Assembly (NCBI GenBank): GCA_002372935.1
Contig: DFJF01000007.1
Span: 86,019-150,018 of the forward strand
DNA: 64,000 bases
Origin: Clostridiales bacterium UBA3678
GTDB lineage: Bacteria; Bacillota; Clostridia; TANB77; CAG-508
Direction of reading: 5' to 3'
The stretch's first letter is position 1, and each line of letters starts with the position of its first letter. The notes below the pieces were generated by a model. It made no database searches. It worked only from the letters and a program-made list of their open reading frames with translations, and was not told where the DNA came from. The translations under genes were made by a program, and so were the position numbers. Of this stretch, positions 20,567 through 31,326 are shown one piece after another.

Positions 20567-20613
20567 ATGCTCTGACACATCGATGCATAGGTTTGAATCC
20601 TACCACCCCAGCA
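20567..20613 (+). pseudogene. Degenerate 3' part of a tRNA-Gln(CTG)-like gene (possible att scar)
   Basis: CTCTGAC...GCATAGGTTTGAATCCTACCACCCCAGC gives an anticodon loop, the T-arm TAGG-TTTGAAT-CCTA and a Gln-type acceptor 3' strand. No 5' half is present. Confidence 0.5.
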
Positions 20614-21245
20614 GTTTAATCTTTCGAATAACTTTAAAGAAAAAAATATTTTTGACATTGGATATAGTCAAAAAATATTTGCATACTTAGCTTATAACAA
20701 TACGGATAAGTTTGGAATGAGAATGCCATCTTTATATGGATATAAAGATATAGCCGTTATTTATAATAAAAATCTTCTAATGGTATTGTAAAAAACTAGT
20801 TCAAAATGAAAGTATAAATCAAAGCATATATTTTAATGATGAGTTAGGAATCAAAAAACTCAGGAAAATAAAAAATAAATATTTAAAACAAGGTATAAGA
20901 GTAATACTAGTTCAAAACATTGAAGGAACTAAAGAATTTTTTAGAGTATATACCATTCATAATGGGCCATATAAATTATTTGATTATGAAGAAATATGTG
21001 AATTTATTTGTAAAATAAAAAATGAGCTAGATTTGTATTATTATGATTTAAATAATATTAAAATACAAAATATTAAGGATTGCGGATATGGATATGTCAG
21101 TGAATTTAGTTGTAAAGGAAGAGTAATATGAAAGAGGATGGAAAATATACAAAAGAAAATAAAGAAGTATATGAACTATATAAAGAAAATGATGATTTAA
21201 TACCGTTTTTTGCGTTAAATATAAATTATAAGGAGTGTTTCTTAA

Positions 21246-22298
21246 GTGTTGATAGGAATAACGCAAACTTCAACAGCTTTTGGACCATCAACAACTCAAA
21301 GATTTAATCAAAGATTTCCTAGTGGAGTTGCTCAACAATCACCCAATGATGAGACAGAAGATAATATTTATGCAATTATTCAAGGTGCGTGTTGGTGTAA
21401 AGGATATTCGACAGGAGCAAGTGCTATAACTAAACATTTTTATAGTGGTACAGGTGGTGCGATAACACATTTAAAAACAGAGGCAGGATGCTCTGAAACT
21501 ACTTCTACAGTTACTTTAAATGTTATGAAGGCTTTGTTATCAATGGATCAATTTAGAATTGTAGGGGTTCCAACTTTAGAAAAACAAGTAATTCAAACTA
21601 TTCAAAGAACAATAAATAATCAGTATGAAGCTTATATTGGATTGTCTCCTTGTGATGGAGCTTACGGTAGAGAAATGAATTTGGCTTTAATTAAAGTACT
21701 TCAAGCTATAGAAGGATATGCTATAACATGTTTTGTAAGTGATATGTCAACTGGATATAGTGGAAATAAAGGATTTAGAATGCCTCAAAACTGGAACTTT
21801 GATCAGTTTGCCCCTATGTCAATGACAAATTCAGATGGAACATGGGCTATTGACAAAGTTGCAAGTTCTGGAAGATTTGAAGCAGTGGAGTCTTTAAGTG
21901 AAAGGTATTTATATGAAGGGGATTTTGTTTTTACTGGTGAACATAGTGGAACTAATATAAAATATGGAGGAAATAGATTAAGGGCTTATATTACACCAAT
22001 AGGAGAATCTGAAAATGTAGATTATTCAAATTTACATATAGAATTCTTAATAAGGCCACAAACATCGGTTTCGCCATATTATGATACATTTAAAGCTATT
22101 ATTGCTCCTATTGATGGTTCTGTTCATGATTTTGCAGAAATGATTGGAACAGATGTTGCTACTGACGATAGAGATTATATGAGAATTTCATCCGATACGA
22201 ATTATTATGCAACATATAGCGTTGTTGGTGAAAATGGAGAAGTAGTGAATAATGTTCCAGTTAGAGTAATTGTAAGTATAGAAACTGAAGAATATTAA
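21246..22298 (+). pseudogene. Truncated, internally deleted YbfG/YkuG-like peptidoglycan-binding / DUF1906 protein
   Basis: PG-binding-like blocks (IIQGACWCKGY, KALLSMDQF, PCDGAYGR) are joined directly to the DUF1906-end motif FVSDMSTGYSGN.GF.MP.NW.FDQF. The N-terminus appears to be missing. Confidence 0.55.
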
Positions 22299-22352
22299 TG
22301 AGAGATTTAAAATAAAAAAATAAGAGGAAGTAAAGATCCTCTTATTTTGCAT

Positions 22353-22898
22353 TTATTTATCTACTGTTTCCCAATCCTGTCCACCATTTTTTGTATTATA
22401 TGTGTATTCTATATTTAAATTTTTTAAAATCATAGTTCCTTCGTATCTATTACTGAAATGAATATTGGTTATAATGTTTTCAATAGTACTACTTCTTCCA
22501 ATATCTATAGCGGTCCAATTTTTTCCCATATCGTCTGAATAGACAATATAAGTTATATATTTATTTTCATCAATCATATTTAAAATATTTTTACTTACAT
22601 TTGAATTATTGTTTATTGATGGAGTTTCTTTTATGTAATAAAATACTATTTTGTTATTGTCCATTTGATATGTTCCTTCATAATATTTTCCATTGTTATT
22701 CTGAGTTAAGTAGTCAGCTATCAATGAAAAATCATAAGGTACTTCAGTCCAATCTTCAGAACCGATTTTAATATATAATTTTGAATCTTCAAACTTATAT
22801 GACATAGATTTAGTTGTATTTAATCTGTTTAATAAAAATAGTATACTTAAAAATATTAATATGCATGATATTATATAGATTATATTTTTCTGTTTCAT
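22353..22898 (-). CDS. Membrane-anchored hypothetical protein with Asp-box/BNR motifs
   Basis: GGAGG precedes ATG 22898; N-terminal TM; YSDDMGKNW and TKNGGQDW. Confidence 0.6.
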   Translation of the reverse strand: MKQKNIIYIISCILIFLSILFLLNRLNTTKSMSYKFEDSKLYIKIGSEDWTEVPYDFSLIADYLTQNNNGKYYEGTYQMDNNKIVFYYIKETPSINNNSNVSKNILNMIDENKYITYIVYSDDMGKNWTAIDIGRSSTIENIITNIHFSNRYEGTMILKNLNIEYTYNTKNGGQDWETVDK

Positions 22899-23085
22899 AG
22901 TTACCTCCGTTTTATATATTATATCAGAGGAGTACATTAAAATCAAATATAAATATAAATATAAAACTGTCAAACTTCCGGCTCAAACTCTTGAGCTTTT
23001 TTTGTTTTTATGATAAAATACACACATAGATTTAAGTAGAAAGGGAATGATTGATTAACACAATTAATCAATCATACAAGATAAT

Positions 23086-24900
23086 ATGAATGAATATCAA
23101 AAATATATTAGAAATTTTAGTATAATAGCACACATAGACCATGGAAAGTCTACATTAGCAGATAGATTAATAGAAATGACAGGTGTTCTATCAGAAAGAG
23201 AGATGGAATCTCAAATATTAGATAATATGGACATAGAGCGTGAAAGAGGAATTACAATAAAAGCTCAATCTGTTCGTATGAAATATAAAGCAAAAGATGG
23301 AAATGAATATACTTTTAATTTAATAGATACACCAGGTCATGTTGACTTTAATTATGAAGTGTCTAGAAGTTTAGCAGCTTGTGATGGTGCAATTTTAATT
23401 GTTGATGCAACACAAGGAGTAGAAGCACAAACTTTAGCTAATTCATATTTAGCAATAGACAATAACTTAGAGATTTTACCTGTTATAAATAAAATTGATT
23501 TAGCAAGTGCAAGACCAGATGATGCAAAAAAAGAAATAGAAGATATAATTGGAATTCCAGCAGAAGAGGCACCATGTGTTTCTGCAAAAACAGGACTAAA
23601 TGTTGACCAGGTTTTAGAAAAAATAGTAACAGATTTGCCAGCTCCAAAAGGAGATGAAACTGCAAAGTTAAAATCTCTAATATTCGATTCATATTATGAC
23701 AACTATAAAGGTGCTGTAGCTTTTGTTAGAATTATGGATGGGAAAGTAAAAGTTGGAGATGAAATAGAGTTAATGTCCTCAAAAGACAAATTCATTGTAA
23801 CAGAAGTTGGATATTTTGCACCAGGAAGATATTTACCTTGTAATGAATTAAAAGCAGGAGAAGTAGGATATATTGCTGCAAGCATAAAAAGCCTCTCAGA
23901 AATAAGGGTTGGAGATACAATTACACTAGTAAATAATCCTGCAGAAAAACCGCTTCCTGGATATAAAAAAGTGACACCTATGGTGTATTGTGGGATTTAT
24001 CCAATAGATGGAAGTGAATATGAAAATCTTAAAATAGCATTAGAAAAATTAAAATTAAATGATGCAGCATTAGAATTTGAACAAGAGACATCTGCTGCAC
24101 TAGGATTTGGATTTAGATGTGGATTTTTAGGATTATTACATTTAGAAATAATAGAAGAAAGATTAGATAGAGAATTTGATTTAGGGTTAATCACAACTGC
24201 TCCATCAGTTATATATAAAGTTCATAAAACAAATGGAGAAGTATTAGATATCTATAATCCATCAGATTTACCAAACCAAGGAGAGATTGCATATATAGAA
24301 GAACCAATAGTTACAGCAAATATCATAACACCAAAAGAATATGTTGGTGGAATAATGGAAATGTGTCAAAATAGAAGAGGTATTTATGTAGATATGAAAT
24401 ATCTTGACGAAACTAGAGTTTCACTAATCTATGAAATGCCATTAAATGAAATAATATACGATTTCTTTGATAATTTAAAATCAAAAACAAAAGGCTATGC
24501 ATCATTTGACTATGAATTTAAAGAATATAGAGAGTCAAAATTGGTTAGATTAGATATAAGAATAAATGGTGAAAATGTTGATGCATTATCATTTATAGTT
24601 CACAAAGATATGGCATATAATAGAGGCAAAAAAATGGTAGAAAAACTAAAAACAGTTATACCAAGACATTTATTTGTCATACCACTTCAAGCAGTAGTTG
24701 GAGGCACAATAATTGCAAGAGAAACAATATCAGCATTACGAAAAGATGTATTAGCAAAATGTTATGGCGGAGATATTACAAGAAAGAAAAAATTATTAGA
24801 AAAGCAAAAAAGAGGAAAAGAAAAAATGCGTCAAATAGGTAAAGTTGATGTACCACAAGAAGCATTTTTATCAGTATTAAAATTAGATGACGAAAATTGA
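23086..24900 (+). CDS. lepA: Translation elongation factor 4
   Basis: Motifs [31 protein letters not shown] and [18 protein letters not shown]. Confidence 0.97.
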   Translation: MNEYQKYIRNFSIIAHIDHGKSTLADRLIEMTGVLSEREMESQILDNMDIERERGITIKAQSVRMKYKAKDGNEYTFNLIDTPGHVDFNYEVSRSLAACDGAILIVDATQGVEAQTLANSYLAIDNNLEILPVINKIDLASARPDDAKKEIEDIIGIPAEEAPCVSAKTGLNVDQVLEKIVTDLPAPKGDETAKLKSLIFDSYYDNYKGAVAFVRIMDGKVKVGDEIELMSSKDKFIVTEVGYFAPGRYLPCNELKAGEVGYIAASIKSLSEIRVGDTITLVNNPAEKPLPGYKKVTPMVYCGIYPIDGSEYENLKIALEKLKLNDAALEFEQETSAALGFGFRCGFLGLLHLEIIEERLDREFDLGLITTAPSVIYKVHKTNGEVLDIYNPSDLPNQGEIAYIEEPIVTANIITPKEYVGGIMEMCQNRRGIYVDMKYLDETRVSLIYEMPLNEIIYDFFDNLKSKTKGYASFDYEFKEYRESKLVRLDIRINGENVDALSFIVHKDMAYNRGKKMVEKLKTVIPRHLFVIPLQAVVGGTIIARETISALRKDVLAKCYGGDITRKKKLLEKQKRGKEKMRQIGKVDVPQEAFLSVLKLDDEN

Positions 24901-24904
24901 TCTA

Positions 24905-24998
24905 CTTTCAAAAAGGGACGGTTCTTTTTTGAAAGAGAACCGTCCCTTTTTAAAAAAGAACCGTCCCCTTTTGAAAAAGAACCGTCCCCAAATGAAAG
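24905..24998. repeat. Cluster of REP-like units: one GGGACGGTTCT plus three inverted AGAACCGTCCC at a 21-nt period
   Basis: Cores start at 24915, 24936, 24957 and 24978. Confidence 0.85.
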
Positions 24999-25008
24999 AA
25001 GGTAATTT

Positions 25009-25806
25009 ATGCAAAGAATTTCAAGTAAAGATAATAATTTAATAAAACATTTAAAAAAATTAAAAGAAAAGAAATATAGAGATGAATATGGAGAATATAC
25101 TGTAGAAGGTATAAAACTTGTTAAAGAAGCTTTTAAAGAAAAGGCGAATATAAAACAACTGATTATATGTGATGGATGTAATTCAGAGATAATTGAAAGT
25201 CATTTAAAATATGAGATGGCTAAATTTGATTTTGTTTATGTTCCTGAAAATATTTTTAAAATGATTTCTAATGTGGATAATCCACAAGGTGTTTTAGCAG
25301 TTATTGGAAAAAATACAATAGATACTGCAAATAAAGATAATATATCTTTAACAAATGATATTATACTTGCTCTTGATGATATACAAGATCCAGGAAATTT
25401 AGGAACTATTTTAAGAACAGCAGATAGTGTAGGGCTAAAGCAAATTTTAATTTCAAAAGGTACAGCAGATCCATATAATCCAAAGGTTGTACGTTCTACT
25501 ATGGGTGCAATATTTAGAATAAATATTATAGAATGTGATAATTTAAAAGAAATTTTAGAGTATTTGAAAGAGAAAAATTATAAAATAATGTGTACATCTT
25601 TAGAGGCAAAAAAGACAATTTATCAAACAAATTATAATAAAAAGGTTATTGTAATTGGAAATGAAGCAAATGGAGTTTCAAAGGATATTCAAAAAATGGC
25701 TGATGAAAAAGTAATTATACCAATGCTTGGTAAAACAGAAAGTTTAAATGCTTCTGTTGCGACAGGGGTTATTTTGTATGAATATGTTAGGCAAAAATTG
25801 ATTTAA
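25009..25806 (+). CDS. TrmH/SpoU family RNA methyltransferase
   Basis: Motifs DDIQDPGNLGTILRTA, GNEANG and ESLNASVA. Confidence 0.9.
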   Translation: MQRISSKDNNLIKHLKKLKEKKYRDEYGEYTVEGIKLVKEAFKEKANIKQLIICDGCNSEIIESHLKYEMAKFDFVYVPENIFKMISNVDNPQGVLAVIGKNTIDTANKDNISLTNDIILALDDIQDPGNLGTILRTADSVGLKQILISKGTADPYNPKVVRSTMGAIFRINIIECDNLKEILEYLKEKNYKIMCTSLEAKKTIYQTNYNKKVIVIGNEANGVSKDIQKMADEKVIIPMLGKTESLNASVATGVILYEYVRQKLI

Positions 25807-25911
25807 TTTTTTTAATATATTTAAAATCCCATAATAAAATCAAATTTTATTGCAATATTGCTAAAATTGTGATTTAATAAGAATGTAAAAATCTTTTTAA
25901 GGGAGGAAAAA

Positions 25912-26910
25912 ATGAAGTTTATCGAACAAATAAAGCAAAGAGCTAAAAAAGATATAAAAACAATTATACTTCCAGAGGCGGAAGATAAAAGAGTATTAGA
26001 AGCTGCAAGTAAAGTTGCAAAAGAGGGATTTGCAAATATTATTTTACTTGGAAATAAAGAACAAATTGAAAAAGATAGTTCTAAATATAATCTTGATTTA
26101 TCAAAAATAGAAATTATAGATGTTAATTCATCAGACAAAAAGCAAGATTACGCAAATAAACTTTATGAACTAAGAAAAGCAAAAGGGTTGACCTTAGATG
26201 AAGCAGAAAAATTAATAGAAGAACCAATTTATTTTGGAATGATGATGCTTAAAAATAATGAAGCTGATGGTTTAGTTTCAGGAGCAGCACATTCTACAGC
26301 AAATACATTAAGACCAGCTCTTCAAATATTAAAAACAGCCCCAAATACAAAATTGGTTTCAGCATTTTTTATTATGTGTGTTCCAAATTGTGAATATGGA
26401 GAACATGGAAATTTTGTATATGGTGATTGTGGTTTAAATCAAAATCCTACAGCAGATGAATTATCAGAAATAGCAATTTCGTCTGCCAAAAGTTTTGAAG
26501 ATCTAGTTCAATCTGAACCAAAGGTTGCGATGCTTTCATATTCTACTTATGGAAGTGCAAAATCCGAATTAACAGAAAAAGTTATAGAAGCAACCAAGCT
26601 TGTAAAAGAAAAATCACCAAATTTATTGGTAGATGGAGAATTACAAGTTGATGCAGCAATAATACCAGAAATATCAAAATCAAAGGCTCCTGGTAGCCCA
26701 ATAAAAGGAAATGCTAATGTACTTATATTTCCAGACTTAGATGCTGGAAATATTGGCTATAAATTAACACAAAGATTAGCAAAAGCTGAAGCTTATGGAC
26801 CACTTTGCCAAGGAATTGCAAAACCAGTAAATGATTTATCAAGAGGATGTTCTGCAGAAGATATAGTTGGAGTTGTGGCTATAACATCAGTTCAAGCGCA
26901 AAATCAATAA
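25912..26910 (+). CDS. pta: Phosphate acetyltransferase
   Basis: Motifs LPEAEDKR, DGELQVDAA and FPDLDAGNIGYK; adjacent to ackA. Confidence 0.95.
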   Translation: MKFIEQIKQRAKKDIKTIILPEAEDKRVLEAASKVAKEGFANIILLGNKEQIEKDSSKYNLDLSKIEIIDVNSSDKKQDYANKLYELRKAKGLTLDEAEKLIEEPIYFGMMMLKNNEADGLVSGAAHSTANTLRPALQILKTAPNTKLVSAFFIMCVPNCEYGEHGNFVYGDCGLNQNPTADELSEIAISSAKSFEDLVQSEPKVAMLSYSTYGSAKSELTEKVIEATKLVKEKSPNLLVDGELQVDAAIIPEISKSKAPGSPIKGNANVLIFPDLDAGNIGYKLTQRLAKAEAYGPLCQGIAKPVNDLSRGCSAEDIVGVVAITSVQAQNQ

Positions 26911-26947
26911 AATCAAGTAAAATAAAAAAAAGAAAGGAATTTGAATA

Positions 26948-28144
26948 ATGAAAATTTTAGTATTAAATTGTGGAAGTTCATCATTAAAATATCAATTAAT
27001 AAATATGGAGAATGATGAAGTAATTGCATCTGGAAAATATGAAAGAATAGGAGAAAAAGAGTCATTTATAACACATAAAGCTTGTGGAAAAAAGGTAAAA
27101 ATGGAGCATACAGCTTTAGATCATAATGAAGCAATAGAATTTACTTTAGAGCAATTTACAAATCCTGAATATAAAGTAATAGATAGTTTAAAAGAAATAA
27201 ATGCAGTTGGACATAGAATTGTACATGGTGGAGAAAAAATGAAGGATTCTGTTGTAGTAGATGATTCTGTAGTTGAAGAAATTAGAAAATGTGCTGAATT
27301 AGCACCATTACATAATATTGCTGCAATTATGGGAATTGAGGCAGCAAAAAAATCTATGCCAGGTGTACCAATGGTATGTGTATTTGATACGGCTTTTCAT
27401 CAAACAATTAGTAAAGATAAATATATTTATCCGATACCATATAAGTACTATGAAAAATATGGAATTAGAAAATATGGAGCACATGGAACATCACATATGT
27501 ATGTTTCTAGAAGATTAGCAGAAATAGAGAAAAAAGATCCAAAAGATTTAAAAATTGTTACATGCCATTTAGGTCAGGGATCAAGTATATGTGCAGTAGA
27601 TGGTGGAAAATCAATTGATACATCAATGGGATTAACACCTTTAGGTGGAATTCCAATGGTTACAAGAAGTGGAGATTTAGATCCATCTGTTGTTACATAT
27701 ATTATGAAAAAAGAAAACTTAACACCAGACGAAATGGAAAATATTTTAAACAAAGAATCTGGAGTTATGGGAGTTTCAGGATTAGCACCAGATTTCAGAG
27801 TTATTGAAGCTGAATCATATAATGACAATGAAAGAGCATATCTTGCTATGGAAATATTTAAATATTCAATAGCAAGTTATATTGCAAAATATGCAGTAGC
27901 AATGAATGGAATTGATGCAATAGTATTTACTGGTGGAGTTGGAGAAAATCAAATAAATATTCGTAGAGGAATTTGTGAACAACTTAAATTTATGGGAGTA
28001 AACATAGATGTAGAAGCTAATAATATGCGTGGAGAAGAAAAGAAAGTTTCAAAACCAGATTCTAAAGTTGAAGTTTGGGTAATTCCTACGAATGAGGAAT
28101 TAATGATAGCTAAAGAAACACAAAGATTAGTTTCTTCAAAATAA
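26948..28144 (+). CDS. ackA: Acetate kinase
   Basis: Motifs LNCGSSSLKY, GHRIVHGG, FDTAFH and IPTNEE. Confidence 0.95.
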   Translation: MKILVLNCGSSSLKYQLINMENDEVIASGKYERIGEKESFITHKACGKKVKMEHTALDHNEAIEFTLEQFTNPEYKVIDSLKEINAVGHRIVHGGEKMKDSVVVDDSVVEEIRKCAELAPLHNIAAIMGIEAAKKSMPGVPMVCVFDTAFHQTISKDKYIYPIPYKYYEKYGIRKYGAHGTSHMYVSRRLAEIEKKDPKDLKIVTCHLGQGSSICAVDGGKSIDTSMGLTPLGGIPMVTRSGDLDPSVVTYIMKKENLTPDEMENILNKESGVMGVSGLAPDFRVIEAESYNDNERAYLAMEIFKYSIASYIAKYAVAMNGIDAIVFTGGVGENQINIRRGICEQLKFMGVNIDVEANNMRGEEKKVSKPDSKVEVWVIPTNEELMIAKETQRLVSSK

Positions 28145-28164
28145 AAAAAAGAGGAGATATATAA

Positions 28165-29497
28165 ATGTCAAAACCAATAGTAGCAATAATAGGAAAACCA
28201 AATGTGGGAAAATCAACATTTTTCAATTATATAGTTGGAAAAAGAATCTCAATTGTAGAAGATACTCCAGGTGTTACAAGAGATAGAGTGTATGCAGAAA
28301 CAAACTGGAGAGGTAAAACATTTACAATGATTGATACAGGGCGGGATTGAGCCTGAATCTAATGATGTAATTTTATCTCAAATGAGAAGACAAGCAGAAA
28401 TTGCAATTGAAATAGCTGATGTTATAATATTTTTAACAGATGTAAAACAAGGTGTTACAGCAGCTGATGAGGATATTGCACTAATGCTTAAAAAATCAAA
28501 AAAGCCAATTATTTTGGTTTGTAATAAAGTAGACAATTTTCAAAAATATCAAAATGAAGTTTATGAATTTTATAATTTAGGTTTAGGAGATCCAATAGCA
28601 ATTTCAGCTACAAATGCACAAGGAATAGGTGATGCGTTAGATAGTATTTATGAGCATTTACCAGCTCAAGAAAGATTGGAAGATGAAGAAAGAATAAAAG
28701 TTGCAGTTATTGGCAAACCAAATGTAGGAAAATCTTCTCTTATAAATAAAATATTAGGAGAAGAAAGAAATATAGTTAGTGATATTGCTGGAACTACTAG
28801 AGATGCAGTTGATTCTGAGTATGAAAATGAAAAAGGAAAATATATTTTCATTGATACAGCAGGAATTAGAAGAAAAAGCAAAGTAAAAGAATCTATAGAA
28901 AAATTTAGTGTTATGAGGAGTCTACTTGCAATAGAAAGAGCTGATGTAGTTTTAATGATGATTGACAGTTTAGAAGGTGTAACAGACCAAGATGCAAAAA
29001 TTGCAGGAGAGGCACACGAAGCTGGTAAAGGAGTTATTATAGTTGTAAATAAATGGGATGAATATGAAAAAGAAACTGGAACTATGGAAAAGTATAGAAA
29101 AAATATATATAATAAACTTTCATATTTATCTTATGCACCAATAATTTTTATATCTGCAAAAACTGGACAGAGAATTGATAAGCTTTTTGATTTGATAAAT
29201 AATGTGGCAGAACAAAATTCAAAAAGAATTCCAACTTCTACACTAAATCAAGTAATAAATGAGGCGATAGCTCTAGTTCAACCACCATCAGATAAGGGAA
29301 AAAGACTTCGCATATATTATGGCACACAAGTTGCTACAAAACCTCCTACATTTATAATATTTGTAAATAAAAAAGATTTATTTCATTTTTCATATGAGAG
29401 ATATTTGGTAAATCAAATAAGAAAAGAATTTGGACTAGAAGGAACACCTATTAGGATAATTGCTAGAGAAAAATTAGACAAAGAAATTGAAATATAA
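28165..29497 (+). CDS. der: Ribosome biogenesis GTPase Der (EngA); one gene split by a +1 shift at CGG 28342
   Basis: Two G domains (GKPNVGKS twice, DTAG, NKVD/NKWD) and a KH-like tail. GAT ACA GGG [C] GGG ATT GAG restores DTGGIE. Confidence 0.93.
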
Positions 29498-29542
29498 TCA
29501 GAAGGGAGAAACATAGATATAAAACTATTTATGTAATAAACA

Positions 29543-30538
29543 ATGAAAGATATATTAGTATTAGGAATAGAATCTAGTTGTGATGAAACATCAGTTTCTG
29601 TAGTGAAAAATGGAAGAGAAATATTATCAAATGTAATTGACACACAAATACCTATACATGAAAAATATGGTGGAGTTGTGCCAGAAATAGCATCAAGAAA
29701 TCATATAGAGGCAATTACACGAGTTACTAAAAAAGCTTTAGAAGATGCAAATGTAGAGTTTAAAGATATAGATGTAATTGCGCCAACATATGGTCCAGGA
29801 TTGGTTGGTGCTTTACTTGTTGGATTATCTTATGGAAAGGCATTAAGTTATGCACTAAATAAGCCATTAGTAGGGGTAAATCATATTCAAGGTCACATTG
29901 CAGCTAATTATATAACACATAAAGATTTAAAACCACCATTCTTATGTGTTTTAATTTCAGGAGGAAATACTCAGATTATAAATGTACAAGATTATACATT
30001 TTTTGACTTATTGGGAAAAACAAGAGATGATGCAATTGGAGAAGCTTTTGATAAAATAGCAAGAGTTGTCGGACTTGGATATCCTGGTGGACCTAAAGTT
30101 GATAAATTGGCAAAAGAGGGTACAGCCAATATAAAACTTCCAAAAACTCATTTTGAAAATAGTTTAGATTTTAGTTTTAGTGGAATAAAAACAGCAGTAA
30201 TAAATACTAATCATAACAATCCAAATATTAAAAAAGCTGATTTATGTGCAAGTTTTGAAAAAGCGGTAACAGAAGTATTGATAGAAAATACAAAACAGGC
30301 AATAAAGGAAACAAATACTACACAAATTGCAATTGCTGGAGGAGTTTCTGCAAATAGTTATATAAGAAATGCATTTTTAAATTTAGAAAATGAATTTAAT
30401 AATTTAAAAGTTTATATGCCAGATTTAAAATTATGCACAGACAATGGTGCAATGATAGCATCTGCGGGATATTACAATTTTATAAATGGAAATATTAATA
30501 ATTTAGATTTAAATGCAGTACCTAATCTAAAAATCTAG
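29543..30538 (+). CDS. tsaD: tRNA N6-adenosine threonylcarbamoyltransferase
   Basis: Motifs [27 protein letters not shown] and CTDNGAMI. Confidence 0.95.
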   Translation: MKDILVLGIESSCDETSVSVVKNGREILSNVIDTQIPIHEKYGGVVPEIASRNHIEAITRVTKKALEDANVEFKDIDVIAPTYGPGLVGALLVGLSYGKALSYALNKPLVGVNHIQGHIAANYITHKDLKPPFLCVLISGGNTQIINVQDYTFFDLLGKTRDDAIGEAFDKIARVVGLGYPGGPKVDKLAKEGTANIKLPKTHFENSLDFSFSGIKTAVINTNHNNPNIKKADLCASFEKAVTEVLIENTKQAIKETNTTQIAIAGGVSANSYIRNAFLNLENEFNNLKVYMPDLKLCTDNGAMIASAGYYNFINGNINNLDLNAVPNLKI

Positions 30539-30561
30539 AAAAAGATAAAAGAGGTGAGATA

Positions 30562-31284
30562 ATGTCAATATATGCAATAGGAGATTTGCATCTATCTTAT
30601 AAAGACCCTAAGCCAATGAATATATTTGGAGAAAATTGGGAGAAACATGAAGAAAAAATAAAGATGGATTGGCTTTCAAAAGTAAAAGAGAATGATACTG
30701 TTATTTTAATAGGAGATTTTTCTTGGGCTATGAAGTTACAAGATACTTTATTAGACTTTCAATTTATAAACCAATTGCCAGGAAAAAAGATTTTGCTAAA
30801 AGGAAATCATGATTACTGGTGGACAACTGTTACAAATATGAAAAAGTTTTTAGAAGAAAATGATATAGAAAATGTTGATTTTCTACATAACAATTCATTT
30901 AAGATAGAAAAGAAAATAATTTGTGGTACAAGAGGGTGGAACTTAAGTGAAAATGAAGAAGATAATAATCTTAAAATGATAAACAGAGAGGCTACAAGAC
31001 TTAAGCTTTCAATAGAAGATGGAATTCAAAAATATGGTAATGATTTAGAAAAAATTGCTTTTTTACATTATCCACCAATTATCCAATCAAATATTTCAAA
31101 AAACGAATCTACAGTTTTTATGCAAATTTTGAAGGAATACAATATAAAAAGATGTTATTATGGACATCTACATGGTAAATCAATAAAAAATGCTATTAAT
31201 GGGTTTTACAATGAAATAGAACTAAAATTAATTAGTAGTGATGGAGTGAATTTTAAGTTGGAAAAAATTACAGTAATGGAGTGA
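30562..31284 (+). CDS. Metallophosphoesterase
   Basis: Motifs GDLH, GDFSWA, KGNHDYWW, HYPP and YGHLH. Confidence 0.85.
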   Translation: MSIYAIGDLHLSYKDPKPMNIFGENWEKHEEKIKMDWLSKVKENDTVILIGDFSWAMKLQDTLLDFQFINQLPGKKILLKGNHDYWWTTVTNMKKFLEENDIENVDFLHNNSFKIEKKIICGTRGWNLSENEEDNNLKMINREATRLKLSIEDGIQKYGNDLEKIAFLHYPPIIQSNISKNESTVFMQILKEYNIKRCYYGHLHGKSIKNAINGFYNEIELKLISSDGVNFKLEKITVME

Positions 31285-31326
31285 ATTTAAAATTAGGAAA
31301 AATTTACATTTGAAAGAGAGAGTAGA

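Noticed and set aside
24905..24998. Mini CRISPR array
   Set aside because: The cores are only 11 bp with 10-nt near-identical linkers, one unit is inverted, and no cas genes are present.
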